DNA from: a virus
Lineage: Duplodnaviria; Heunggongvirae; Uroviricota; Caudoviricetes
Direction: 5' to 3' (one strand)
Length of the DNA stretch: 41,185 bases
IMG/VR virus record: IMGVR_UViG_2859783438_000002
Shown: positions 1 through 8,952 of the stretch, one piece after another
Layout of the letters: each line of letters opens with the position of its first letter
How positions within the stretch are numbered: position 1 is the first letter of the stretch
Made by a program: the position numbers and the translations under genes
Notes under the pieces: model-generated
Seen by the model: the letters and a program-made list of their open reading frames with translations, nothing else
What the model was told of the DNA's origin: nothing
Databases searched by the model: none

Positions 1-603
1 TCATTCAGTATCATCACGCGCGGTCTGTGCATATGTCACTACCGCACCTAATGTATTAATTTTCTTTTCAACATAGATAATATTATCGTACTCATAATTG
101 CCATACGGATAGCAAATGCGAATATTCTCATGTAGATCGGGGTCATCCACCTCAGCTCCAGAACAACTTTTTGAACTACCGGAAGTATACCGATACGGTG
201 CAACATAAGACGATGTCTCTCCAGGCAAAAAATAAGTTAGTGTTGTAAGGGGTATAATCAGAAAAAATCCAGAAAATATGCATATCCCTGCATAAACCTT
301 AAGGTATGCTGACAGACTCTTCCAGCCGCTTTGTTTTACTATCCCCTTCTTAACCCAAAACAGAGATAACAGAAAAGCTATTCCCATGCTAAACAGAATG
401 TAATAGTGGGATATACTCTGATTAAGAAACGTGACCCTGTAGATATCTGCCCGCCACCAGAAGAAAAGGAAAATAAAGATCAGCCCTGAAACTGTCATGC
501 AAATCAAATAAGGATACGAATCTTTTTTCATGTTTAGCGCCCATAAAATTTTTCCTGCCCCGGACAAATTTATCATCCATTTTTTGCACAGAAAATAGCT
601 CAT
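1..603 (-). CDS. Hypothetical integral membrane protein (200 aa, about 4 hydrophobic helices, soluble C-terminal tail); AT-rich
   Basis: Complete ORF; stop codon is bases 1-3 (tca = TGA on minus strand). Hydrophobic segments visible in translation. No family recognised. Confidence 0.4.
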   Translation of the reverse strand: MSYFLCKKWMINLSGAGKILWALNMKKDSYPYLICMTVSGLIFIFLFFWWRADIYRVTFLNQSISHYYILFSMGIAFLLSLFWVKKGIVKQSGWKSLSAYLKVYAGICIFSGFFLIIPLTTLTYFLPGETSSYVAPYRYTSGSSKSCSGAEVDDPDLHENIRICYPYGNYEYDNIIYVEKKINTLGAVVTYAQTARDDTE

Positions 604-844
604 TACTTACTGCACAATAATACACAAAATTGCGTAAATTTTTTGCATGGATTTTAGCTCTTTCAGCCGACGTTTAAGGGGTAAAGAGCATTTCCTAAAA
701 GCAACTGACCAACCCAACAGAATGGGCTACCGCTTACGTTGAGAGCAAAAAAGTGTATAGCAGCAATGAACAGCATCCTCGCACTGACGGGGATTTCTTT
801 TATCTGAGCTCGCTACGGCGAGTTTTGTTTTATGGAGACAAGAA

Positions 845-1189
845 ATGTCAGATTTGGCTATGAAGGTTTTGAAATGGCAATCAACTGGCGATGTCGGCAT
901 CAGTAGCGCAACTCTTGCCTCAATCGCATGTGGCCTGAAAAAGAATATCTATGGTCATCACTTCGGCGCTCCCCATGACGCAGCAGACTTTCGGCGATGC
1001 GTTGCACTTGTTGAGCAGATTCCAGAAATCAGAGATTCATTCGACAAGGTTGCAAAGCGCGTTCCGGCATTCAAAGGAATCCTCAACGAATGGGATTCAC
1101 TCGTTGCTCTGTTGAAGTCTGAAATGAAGACGTACGGGAACAAAGCACCAGAGACTTACAGAAGAATCAGCGAGCTACGCAAGGACTAA
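845..1189 (+). CDS. Hypothetical prophage/island protein (114 aa)
   Basis: ATG at 845 preceded by GGAGA; sits directly upstream of the TorI-like gene. No family recognised. Confidence 0.45.
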   Translation: MSDLAMKVLKWQSTGDVGISSATLASIACGLKKNIYGHHFGAPHDAADFRRCVALVEQIPEIRDSFDKVAKRVPAFKGILNEWDSLVALLKSEMKTYGNKAPETYRRISELRKD

Positions 1190-1311
1190 CCCGCCTCACA
1201 CTCGATGAGGCCTGTTCATTTCTCAAGATATCCAGACCTACCATTGCTGCATCAATGCGGCTTTTTATTGCCTGATTTGCAGGTTCGATTCCATATTCGG
1301 AGATAGCACTC

Positions 1312-1512
1312 ATGCAACACGAACTACAACCTGATTCACTGGTTGATTTGAAATTCATCATGGCTGATACTGGCTTCGGTAAGACCTTCATCTATGACCG
1401 GATTAAGTCCGGCGACCTGCCTAAAGCCAAAGTTATCCACGGACGAGCAAGATGGTTATATCGTGACCATTGTGAATTCAAAAATAAGCTCTTAAGCCGC
1501 GCCAATGGGTAA
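1312..1512 (+). CDS. torI: TorI/AlpA-family excisionase-like DNA-binding protein (66 aa)
   Basis: 66-aa ORF with HTH-like segment (FGKTFIYDRIKSGDLP), GGAGA RBS. Size and context (argW 3'-end att copy downstream, csc/dsd-type locus beyond) match torI of KplE1/CPS-53. Confidence 0.55.
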   Translation: MQHELQPDSLVDLKFIMADTGFGKTFIYDRIKSGDLPKAKVIHGRARWLYRDHCEFKNKLLSRANG

Positions 1513-1578
1513 AATAGCGGGTAAAATATTTTTCAAATCTAAAAAACAGCATTCCAATCAATCCCCTGCCGCCTCAAG

Positions 1579-1600
1579 TAGATGTCTGCAGGGGACACCA
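1579..1600 (+). other. att core-like copy of the 3' end of tRNA-Arg argW (CTGCAGGGGACACCA exact, imperfect upstream)
   Basis: 15-nt exact match to the argW 3' terminus as I recall it, with partial identity extending 5'; located just downstream of the torI-like gene as expected for attR. Confidence 0.45.
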
Positions 1601-2040
1601 GATACCCTTCAAACGAAATCTACCTTCACCCCGTAAAAGATGGGTTTGGCAGCACACTTGCCTTATATCTACTCATTTTTACTGCAACAGGTTGAAATCT
1701 CAGCACTGTCAGAAAGCGCTGATGACTAAACAGCCCTGGGCCGGGCGATGTAACCATCACACAGAATCCTGATAGCGAAATATGGCGTGACTCGATACTT
1801 CACTCCGCAATGCATTCCTTGATGAATTCGCAGGACCGTGATACACGGGACAGGTCGCTGAATGACGACAATGTCCTGGAAATCAGCGAACCGCGCATCT
1901 GAAGTACATTTGAGCGACTGTACCAGAACATGAATGAGGCGTTTGGATTAGGTGATTATTAGCCGGGCTAAGCACTTTAGTATTATTATTTTCCGGTTGA
2001 GGGATAGGGAGATATCGACAACAACCGGAAAAGTTTACGT

Positions 2041-3288
2041 CTATATTGCTGAAGGTACAGGCGTTTCCATAACTATTTGCTCGCGTTTTTTACTCAGGAA
2101 GAAAATGCCAAATAGCAACATTAGGCAGACAATACCCGAAATTGCGAAGAAAACTGTCTGGTAGCCTGCGTGGTCAAAGAGTATCCCAGTCGGCGTTGAA
2201 AGCAGCACAATCCCAAGCGAACTGGCAATTTGAAAACCAATCAGAAAGATCGTCGACGACAGGCGCTTATCAAAATTTGCCACGCTGTATTTGAAGACGG
2301 ATATGACACAAAGTGGAACCTCAATGGCATGTAACAGCTTCACTAATGAAATAATCCAGGGGTTAACGAACAGCGCGCAGGAAAGGATACGCAACGCCAT
2401 AATCACAACACCGATAAGTAATGCATTTTTTGGCCCTACCCGATTCACAAAGAAAGGAATAATCGCCATGCATAGCGCTTCGAGTACCACCTGGAATGAG
2501 TTGAGATAACCATACAGGCGCGTTCCTACATCGTGTGATTCGAATAAACCTGCATAAAAGACAGGAAAAAGTTGTTGATCAAAAATGTTATAGAAAGACC
2601 ACGTCCCCACAATAAATATGACGAAAACCCAGAAGTTTCGATCCTTGAAAACTGCGATAAAATCCTCTTTTTTTACCCCTCCCGCATCCGCCGCTACGCA
2701 CTGGTGATCCTTATCTTTAAAACACATGTTGATCATCATAAATACAGCGCCAAATAGCGAGACCAACCAGAAGTTGATATGGGGACTGATACTAAAAAAT
2801 ATGCCGGCAAAGAACGCGCCAATAGCATAGCCAAAAGATCCCCAGGCGCGCGCTGTTCCATATTCGAAATGAAAATTTCGCGCCATTTTTTCGGTGAAGC
2901 TGTCAAGCAAACCGCATCCCGCCAGATACCCCAGGCCAAAAAAGAGCGCTCCCAGAATTAGACCTACAGAAAAATTGCTTTGCAGTAACGGTTCATAAAC
3001 GTAAATCATAAACGGTCCGGTCAAGACCAGGATGAAACTCATACACCAGATGAGCGGTTTCTTCAGACCGAGTTTATCCTGAACGATGCCGTAGAACATC
3101 ATAAATAGAATGCTGGTAAACTGGTTGACCGAATAAAGTGTACCTAATTCCGTCCCTGTCAACCCTAGATGTCCTTTCAGCCAAATAGCGTATAACGACC
3201 ACCACAGCGACCAGGAAATAAAAAAGAGAAATGAGTAACTGGATGCAAAACGATAGTACGCATTTCTGAATGGAATATTCAGTGCCAT
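2041..3288 (-). CDS. cscB: LacY-family oligosaccharide:H+ symporter, sucrose permease CscB-like (415 aa)
   Basis: 12-TM MFS protein with LacY-family motifs (e.g. NFWVFVIFIVGTWSFYNIFDQQ); 415 aa matches CscB; PfkB-kinase 3' remnant (cscK) immediately upstream; argW att copy nearby. Confidence 0.6.
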   Translation of the reverse strand: MALNIPFRNAYYRFASSYSFLFFISWSLWWSLYAIWLKGHLGLTGTELGTLYSVNQFTSILFMMFYGIVQDKLGLKKPLIWCMSFILVLTGPFMIYVYEPLLQSNFSVGLILGALFFGLGYLAGCGLLDSFTEKMARNFHFEYGTARAWGSFGYAIGAFFAGIFFSISPHINFWLVSLFGAVFMMINMCFKDKDHQCVAADAGGVKKEDFIAVFKDRNFWVFVIFIVGTWSFYNIFDQQLFPVFYAGLFESHDVGTRLYGYLNSFQVVLEALCMAIIPFFVNRVGPKNALLIGVVIMALRILSCALFVNPWIISLVKLLHAIEVPLCVISVFKYSVANFDKRLSSTIFLIGFQIASSLGIVLLSTPTGILFDHAGYQTVFFAISGIVCLMLLFGIFFLSKKREQIVMETPVPSAI

Positions 3289-3359
3289 AATTACCTACCT
3301 GTCGTTAAAAAATTCACGTCCTATTTAGAGATAAGAGCGACTTCGCCGTTTACTTCTCA

Positions 3360-3420
3360 CTATTCCAGTTCTTGTCGACATGGCAGCGCTGTCATTGCCC
3401 CTTTCGCCGTTACTGCAAGC
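3360..3420 (-). pseudogene. cscK: 3'-terminal remnant of PfkB-family fructokinase gene (cscK-like), truncated by IS1
   Basis: Minus-strand frame reads ...LAVTAKGAMTALPCRQELE* ending at 3360; this is a typical PfkB/ribokinase-family C-terminus. Reading frame is cut by the IS1 end at 3422. Confidence 0.45.
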
Positions 3421-3674
3421 GGGTAATGACTCCAACTTATTGATAGTGTTTTATGTTCAGATAATGCCCGATGACTTTGTCATGCAGCTCCACCGATTTT
3501 GAGAACGACAGCGACTTCCGTCCCAGCCGTGTCAGGTGCTGCCTCAGATTCAGGTTATGCCGCTCAATTCGCTGCGTATATCGCTTGCTGATTACGTGCA
3601 GCTTTCCCTTCAGGCGGGATTCATACAGCGGCCAGCCATCCGTCATCCATATCACCACGTCAAAGGGTGACAGC

Positions 3675-3774
3675 NNNNNNNNNNNNNNNNNNNNNNNNNN
3701 NNNNNNNNNNNNNNNNNNNNNNNNNNNNNNNNNNNNNNNNNNNNNNNNNNNNNNNNNNNNNNNNNNNNNNNNNN
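3675..3774. other. Assembly/scaffold gap (100 N) inside IS1
   Basis: Run of exactly 100 N. Confidence 0.99.
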
Positions 3775-3912
3775 TAAAAGTCCTCTCTGCTCAGCATGTT
3801 GATGTCCTTTCTGGTGTGAGAACCTTAAGGAAACAACATGTTGGGTGGAGCGGACAATCCAAATGGCGAATTACCGTCTTATATCACTGGCGCTGACAAT
3901 ATCAATGATTTT

Positions 3913-4140
3913 CTGGTGCGTACCGGGTTGAGAAGCGGTGTAAGTGAACTGCAGTTGCCATGTTTTACGGCAGTGAGAGCAGAGATAGCGCTGATGTCCG
4001 GCAGTGCTTTTGCCGTTACGCACCATCTGGTGCGTACCGGGTTGAGAAGCGGTGTAAGTGAACTGCAGTTGCCATGTTTTACGGCAGTGAGAGCAGAGAT
4101 AGCGCTGATGTCCGGCAGTGCTTTTGCCGTTACGCACCAC
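3913..4140. repeat. Tandem direct duplication, 2 x 114 bp, within IS1 insA
   Basis: 3913-4026 and 4027-4140 are identical except the last base; yields the duplicated peptide seen in the InsA-like ORF. Confidence 0.8.
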
Positions 4141-4350
4141 CCCGTCAGTAGCTGAACAGGAGGGACAGCTGATAGAAACAGAAGCCACTGGAGCACCTCA
4201 AAAACACCATCATACACTAAATCAGTAAGTTGGCAGCATCACCGAAGTGGTAAAGAAGATAATAAAGAATAATATTTAGGGTTATAGGTCTTAGCCCATT
4301 TTAAATGGAAGGCAGACATGCAGCCATGCATACTTCGCATGGCAACATAA

Positions 4351-4779
4351 TTATTTAGACAAACTATCTAATTTTTGCGTCGCTTTTTGTGTTAGGTCGC
4401 TGTAACTGATAAACCCTACGTTAGCACCTACAATTAACACTAAGAACACTAAGCTGCATATGGATAGAGTGGCAGATTTATGCTTATGGAAAACAAAATA
4501 TGCTACTATTGCACTTAATATGAAGGAAATGAATAGAAATATAGATGTTGATGTTTTTAGATATTTTTCAGGAAATAATGGGTGAGCAATAATGTATACA
4601 AGATTAAGTAGTATATAAATTGCTACCGGAATGAAAATCATGCTCCAGTGTGTATCTTTTTTGGGAGGGATTGGCTGCAAATAATCAGACACCGTTTTTC
4701 CATCAGTTTCAAGAAGAATTACTAGATCTCTTACTTCACCACTGACTTGAGTGCCATCCTTAGTAGTAATGTTAATCAT
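4351..4779 (-). CDS. Hypothetical membrane protein (142 aa): N-terminal soluble ~50 aa, then about 3 TM helices
   Basis: Start MINITTKDG at 4779 with GGAGGG 7 nt upstream. Hydrophobic segments IFIPVAIYILLNLVYII, IFLFISFILSAIVAYFVF, ICSLVFLVLIVGANVGFI. Confidence 0.5.
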   Translation of the reverse strand: MINITTKDGTQVSGEVRDLVILLETDGKTVSDYLQPIPPKKDTHWSMIFIPVAIYILLNLVYIIAHPLFPEKYLKTSTSIFLFISFILSAIVAYFVFHKHKSATLSICSLVFLVLIVGANVGFISYSDLTQKATQKLDSLSK

Positions 4780-5153
4780 TTTTTCCCTCCAAATACGATG
4801 CCCTCTACGTCTTTGGAAGCTTTTTGTGATGACCACTCCTCTGAATCAGGTGATTTAATTAAAAATATTGTATCTCCATCAAAAATCGTATTTGTTCCGT
4901 AAAAATTCACATTTGATAGATCACCACCAAAAACCCTCTGCCCACTCGAGGTAATTGCCTCACCTAATTTAGTAAAATTACCAGCAATAGATGATTTTCT
5001 TTTTCCACTTCTATTCAAAGTGGCTTTAATTACACCACCACCATCCTTAGAGTTAAATAATTGAATGTCCACTCCAGCAGTTGGTTGTATATATTTTGAA
5101 AGCTCTTTCTTGAACTTGTTAATATATTTATCTTTGTTTTCTTTGTTGGTCAT
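4776..5153 (-). CDS. Hypothetical soluble Gly/Lys/Ser-rich protein (125 aa), first gene of a coupled pair
   Basis: ORF in AT-rich DNA; its last codons GGA GGG AAA AAA form the Shine-Dalgarno for the downstream gene; stop overlaps next start (ATGA). Confidence 0.5.
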   Translation of the reverse strand: MTNKENKDKYINKFKKELSKYIQPTAGVDIQLFNSKDGGGVIKATLNRSGKRKSSIAGNFTKLGEAITSSGQRVFGGDLSNVNFYGTNTIFDGDTIFLIKSPDSEEWSSQKASKDVEGIVFGGKK

Positions 5154-5417
5154 TGGTTAGATCCATAGTTCTGGCTGTGATTAGGTGAAAGTATACAAGG
5201 TTTTTAAAGCGAAGATCACTGTTTTGGCTTCAAGATAGTTTTGATTTATCGTAATCAATCCGCCATAATCCTCTCATCGGAGCCTGAACAACTCCGGTGA
5301 CTTCTGCGCATTTAAGGGGACTTAAATGCGACCACAATCTGAACTCATCACCTTGTCACAGATGCAGAAATGCACCTGCGATTTTCTGCATTCTGCGGTT
5401 TCCGTTAGGGAGGCCGT

Positions 5418-5873
5418 ATGACTCTGCCAGTAGACGGCATCAAACTCCATCGCGGTAACTTCGCGGCCATCGGCCAGCAGATTCAGCCATTGCTGGATGC
5501 CGGGCAATGCTTACGCCTGCAGGTTAAGCCGTGGCGCGAGAAGCGCAGCCTGTCGCAGAACGCGCTCAGCCACATGTGGTACACGGAGATCAGCGAATAT
5601 CTCATCGCCCGCGGCAAGACCTTCGCTACGCCTGAGTGGGTCAAAGACGCGATGAAGCACACCTATCTCGGCTACGAAAGCAAAGACCGTGTAGATGTCG
5701 TGTCCGGCGAGGTCACCACCGTCCAATCCCTCCGCCATACGTCAGAGCTGGAAACCGGCGAGATGTACATCTTCCTGTGCAAAGTCGAAGCCTGGGCGAT
5801 GAATATCGGCTGCCACCTGACAATTCCGCAGAGCTGTGAATACCAGCAGCTGCGCGATAAGCAGGAGGCGTAA
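5418..5873 (+). CDS. ybcN: NinB-family protein (DLP12 YbcN-like, 151 aa)
   Basis: GGGAGG RBS; length and sequence pattern similar to lambda NinB and K-12 YbcN; followed by ninE, ybcO, rusA in canonical nin order. Confidence 0.65.
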   Translation: MTLPVDGIKLHRGNFAAIGQQIQPLLDAGQCLRLQVKPWREKRSLSQNALSHMWYTEISEYLIARGKTFATPEWVKDAMKHTYLGYESKDRVDVVSGEVTTVQSLRHTSELETGEMYIFLCKVEAWAMNIGCHLTIPQSCEYQQLRDKQEA

Positions 5874-6043
5874 TGGCTACACCGCTTATTCGTGTCATGA
5901 ACGGGCACATCTACAGAGTATCAAATCGTCGTAAGCGTAAGCCTGAGCTGAAGCCATCCGAAATACCAACACTGCTCGGATATACCGCTAGCCTGGTTGA
6001 TAAAAAATGGTTGCGACTGGCAGCAAGGAGGAATCATGGCTGA
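5873..6043 (+). CDS. ninE: NinE-family small protein (56 aa)
   Basis: ORF below the 60-aa track cutoff, found by hand translation (MATPLIRVMNGHIYRVSNRRKRKPE...). Start overlaps ybcN stop (TAATG); basic region typical of NinE. Confidence 0.55.
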   Translation: MATPLIRVMNGHIYRVSNRRKRKPELKPSEIPTLLGYTASLVDKKWLRLAARRNHG

Positions 6044-6326
6044 TTTGAGAAAAGCAGCGCGTGGTCGGGAATGCCAGGTAAGAATCCCTGGCGTATGTAA
6101 TGGCAATCCTGAAACGTCAGTACTGGCACATATCCGGCTGGCTGGATTGTGCGGTACCGGTATCAAACCGCCAGACCTGATTGCCACCATTGCATGTTCT
6201 GCCTGTCACGACGAAATCGACCGCCGCACATATTTTGTCGATGCTGAGTATGCAAAAGAATGCGCGCTGGAAGGTATGGCGAGAACGCAGGTTATCTGGC
6301 TGAAAGAGGGGGTTATTAAGGCGTGA
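6036..6326 (+). CDS. ybcO: YbcO-like nin-region protein (96 aa, DUF1364-type, Cys-rich putative nuclease)
   Basis: Start [14 protein letters not shown]; overlaps ninE end and rusA start; Cys motifs. Confidence 0.6.
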   Translation: MADLRKAARGRECQVRIPGVCNGNPETSVLAHIRLAGLCGTGIKPPDLIATIACSACHDEIDRRTYFVDAEYAKECALEGMARTQVIWLKEGVIKA

Positions 6327-6685
6327 ATACCTACAGCATCACATTACCCTGGCCTCCGAGCAATAACCGCTATTACCGCCATAATCGCGGGCGCACACAC
6401 ATCAGCGCAGAAGGGCAGGCATACCGCGATAACGTCACCCGAATCATTAAAAACGCAATGCTGGATATCGGCCTGGCTATGCCAGTGAAAATCCGTATTG
6501 AGTGCCACATGCCGGATCGCCGTCGCCGTGACCTGGATAATCTGCAAAAAGCCGCTTTTGACGCACTCACCAAAGCAGGTTTCTGGCTGGATGATGCTCA
6601 GGTCGTTGATTACCGCGTTGTGAAGATGCCTGTTACCAAAGGTGGGAGGCTGGAACTGACCATCACCGAAATGGGGAATGAATGA
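6323..6685 (+). CDS. rusA: Holliday-junction resolvase RusA (120 aa)
   Basis: Near-identical to my recall of E. coli RusA ([26 protein letters not shown]...TITEMGNE). Confidence 0.9.
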   Translation: MNTYSITLPWPPSNNRYYRHNRGRTHISAEGQAYRDNVTRIIKNAMLDIGLAMPVKIRIECHMPDRRRRDLDNLQKAAFDALTKAGFWLDDAQVVDYRVVKMPVTKGGRLELTITEMGNE

Positions 6686-6822
6686 TGTTTGAGTTTTATA
6701 TGGCAGAACTTCTTCGCCACCGCTGGGGGCATCTGCGCTTATATCGTTTCCCCGGTTCTGTTTTGACCGATTACCGAATACTGAAGAATTACGCCAAAAC
6801 CCTGACAGGAGCAGGAGTATGA
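6682..6822 (+). CDS. ylcG: YlcG-like small protein (46 aa)
   Basis: Hand-translated [46 protein letters not shown]; start overlaps rusA stop (ATGA); position as in DLP12. Confidence 0.5.
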   Translation: MMFEFYMAELLRHRWGHLRLYRFPGSVLTDYRILKNYAKTLTGAGV

Positions 6823-6907
6823 AGTCAGAGATAACAATCAACTAATACTGTTTTGTTGATTTTTGCTTGTAATTGGCGTTCTGGTCTGATTTTTGTGGAG
6901 TAAGTTG

Positions 6908-7291
6908 ATGCGTGATATTCAGATGGTTCTTGAGCGTTGGGGAGCGTGGGCGGCTAATAATCATGAAGATGTGACCTGGTCGTCCATTGCCGCCGGTTTT
7001 AAGGGATTAATTACTTCAAAAGTAAAATCTCGCCCGCAATGTTGTGACGATGACGCGATGATTATTTGCGGGTGCATGGCCCGTCTGAAAAAGAACAACA
7101 GCGATTTGCACGATTTATTAGTAGATTATTATGTAGTCGGTATGACATTCATGTCACTGGCAGGTAAGCATTGCTGCTCTGATGGTTATATCGGGAAAAG
7201 GTTACAGAAGGCTGAGGGCATAATTGAAGGGATGTTAATGGCATTAGATATCCGGTTAGAGATGGATATCGTTGTTAATAACTCTAATTAA
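6908..7291 (+). CDS. quuD: Late-gene antiterminator Q (DLP12 QuuD-like, 127 aa)
   Basis: Start [18 protein letters not shown] with GGAG RBS; matches recalled QuuD; position after rusA/ylcG. Confidence 0.75.
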   Translation: MRDIQMVLERWGAWAANNHEDVTWSSIAAGFKGLITSKVKSRPQCCDDDAMIICGCMARLKKNNSDLHDLLVDYYVVGMTFMSLAGKHCCSDGYIGKRLQKAEGIIEGMLMALDIRLEMDIVVNNSN

Positions 7292-7324
7292 TATGCCAAT
7301 TGTTTACTAAAAATTATTAAAAAT

Positions 7325-7342
7325 GGGGCGTTGCAACGCCCC
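7325..7342 (-). terminator. GC hairpin (GGGGCGTTGCAACGCCCC) with T-run on the minus strand; probable terminator downstream of nmpC
   Basis: Perfect palindrome; minus-strand read is followed by ATTTTTAATAA. Confidence 0.4.
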
Positions 7343-7479
7343 CAAAAATAAAGGGTAATATATAACAGAAGGTTTATATAGTTAGAAGCAAGGTTGTGCT
7401 CCTAAAGGAAGTGGCTTGAGGGAGCCACTTATATGTTGGGGAGGCAAAGCCTCCCGCAACATATCTTTTAGTAATCAAA

Positions 7480-8562
7480 TTAGAACTGGTAAACCATACC
7501 TACAGCAACGATATCATCGGTAGCAACGCCAGATGCTTTCGTGAAATCGCTCTTATCAATCAGGTTGATTTTGTAATCAACAAAAGTGGACATATTTTTG
7601 TTGAAGTAATAGGTTGCACCTACATCAATATATTCAACCAGGTCCTGATCACCCCACGCACCCAAGTCTTTTCCTTTAGATTGCAGGTAAGCAACGGACG
7701 GACGCAGACCGAAGTCGAACTGATATTGTGCAACTACTTCGAAGTTTTGTGCTTTGTTGGCAATATGGTTATTACCAAAAACAGTCATGTTCTGGGTTTC
7801 AGAATAGGTGGTAGCCAGATAGATGTTGTTCGCATCATATTTCAGACCAGCTGCCCATACTTCAGCATTTTGACCAGATGCATTCAGGCTGTTGTTACCG
7901 TAGATAACCTGATTATTAGTGCGGTCAGATTTAGCATAGGTTGCACCTACACCGAATCCTTCATACTCATAAGTAGTGGAGAAACCGAAACCATCACCAT
8001 TAGCTTCAGTTACGTCAGTGCGGTCATTTTTACCCTGATACTGAGCAGCAAAGTTCAGACCATCAACCAGACCAAAGAAGTCGTTGTTACGATAAGTTGC
8101 AACACCAGTGGTGCGACCAGTCATGAACACATCTGTTTGAGTCCAAGTGTCACCACCGAATTCTGGCAGGACGTCAGTCCACGCACCGATGTCGTATGCT
8201 ACACCGTAGTTACGGCCGTAATCGATGGAGCCGTAGTCACCGAATTTCAGGCCAGCGAAGGCAAGACGGGTTTTATCTTTGGAGGAACCTTGAGATTCAG
8301 CGCGGTTGCCTTTGAATTCATATTCCCACTGACCGAAACCAGTCAGTTGATCGTTGATTTGGGTTTCACCTTTGAAGCCAAGACGGGCATAAGTAGTATC
8401 ACCATCATCTGCATCATTAGAGGAGAAGTAGTGCTTAGCATTAACTTTCCCGTACAGATCCAGCTTGTTACTGTCTTTATTATAAATTTCAGCTGCCTGA
8501 GCAGACATCGCCATCAGTACTGATGCAGCTACAGCAGAAATTGCCACTGTTAATTTTTTCAT
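7480..8562 (-). CDS. nmpC: Outer-membrane general porin NmpC/OmpD-like, apparently intact, with signal peptide
   Basis: Start [23 protein letters not shown] (signal peptide), C-terminal ...VGMVYQF typical of OmpC/OmpF-family porins; location between Q and lysis genes as in DLP12. Confidence 0.85.
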   Translation of the reverse strand: MKKLTVAISAVAASVLMAMSAQAAEIYNKDSNKLDLYGKVNAKHYFSSNDADDGDTTYARLGFKGETQINDQLTGFGQWEYEFKGNRAESQGSSKDKTRLAFAGLKFGDYGSIDYGRNYGVAYDIGAWTDVLPEFGGDTWTQTDVFMTGRTTGVATYRNNDFFGLVDGLNFAAQYQGKNDRTDVTEANGDGFGFSTTYEYEGFGVGATYAKSDRTNNQVIYGNNSLNASGQNAEVWAAGLKYDANNIYLATTYSETQNMTVFGNNHIANKAQNFEVVAQYQFDFGLRPSVAYLQSKGKDLGAWGDQDLVEYIDVGATYYFNKNMSTFVDYKINLIDKSDFTKASGVATDDIVAVGMVYQF

Positions 8563-8952
8563 CGTGAGCCCTTTTTTTGAACTATTATTAAAAAATGATG
8601 TCACTGCGCGATAAATATTCATCTAATCAATGTGATTATTTCAAGATGTAAGTTTTGGTTTCTCGTTTGATTTGTGAAGTAGATCTCTATTTTTATCTGA
8701 ACTTTTTTCTATCGAATCCTATTCATGGCTCTTGGCTGAATAAAAATAAATCTATTAGCCAATTTATATTAACGGCTGTTATTTATAAGTGCTCTATAAT
8801 TTGAAGGTTCAATTTAAACCGGCTAAAAATAACACTGGAAATTATTTGTTGGTTATTTGTTGGGATTTGCTTATGTATTTGTAGTGGTGTTTTCAATACT
8901 CGGTAGCATTCTCGCAAATATCATTTAGTGGTTTACGTACGTAAAAAATTGG

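Larger units (their letters stand above)
3422..4243 (-). mobile_element. insAB: IS1 (inverted orientation) containing a 100-N gap, a tandem 114-bp duplication in insA and a non-canonical insA 3' segment
   Basis: Terminal sequences GGTAATGACTCCAACTTATTGAT (3422) and ATCAGTAAGTTGGCAGCATCACC (4221-4243); InsA and InsB peptide fragments in ORF track. No target-site duplication. Confidence 0.85.

Noticed and set aside
806-830. Short hairpin (CTCGC-TACG-GCGAG) plus T-run just upstream of the 845 gene
   Set aside because: Stem is only 5 bp and lies 10 bp before the RBS; too weak to call a terminator or attenuator without transcript data.
1274-1292. Possible tRNA gene at the T-arm-like 16-mer
   Set aside because: Only a 16-nt T-arm match; no acceptor stem, D-arm or anticodon arm around it, so it is an att or tRNA-fragment remnant.
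1952-2164. 70-aa plus-strand ORF overlapping the 3' end of cscB
   Set aside because: Overlaps the permease gene on the opposite strand; no RBS or conservation cue.
3471-4217. ORFs of 105-141 aa inside IS1 copy 1, including one spanning the N gap
   Set aside because: They are InsA/InsB fragments, their antisense frames, or translations through the gap and the 114-bp duplication; not independent genes.
7681-8523. 280-aa plus-strand ORF antisense to nmpC
   Set aside because: nmpC on the minus strand is a clear porin with signal peptide; the antisense ORF has no start context or recognisable features.
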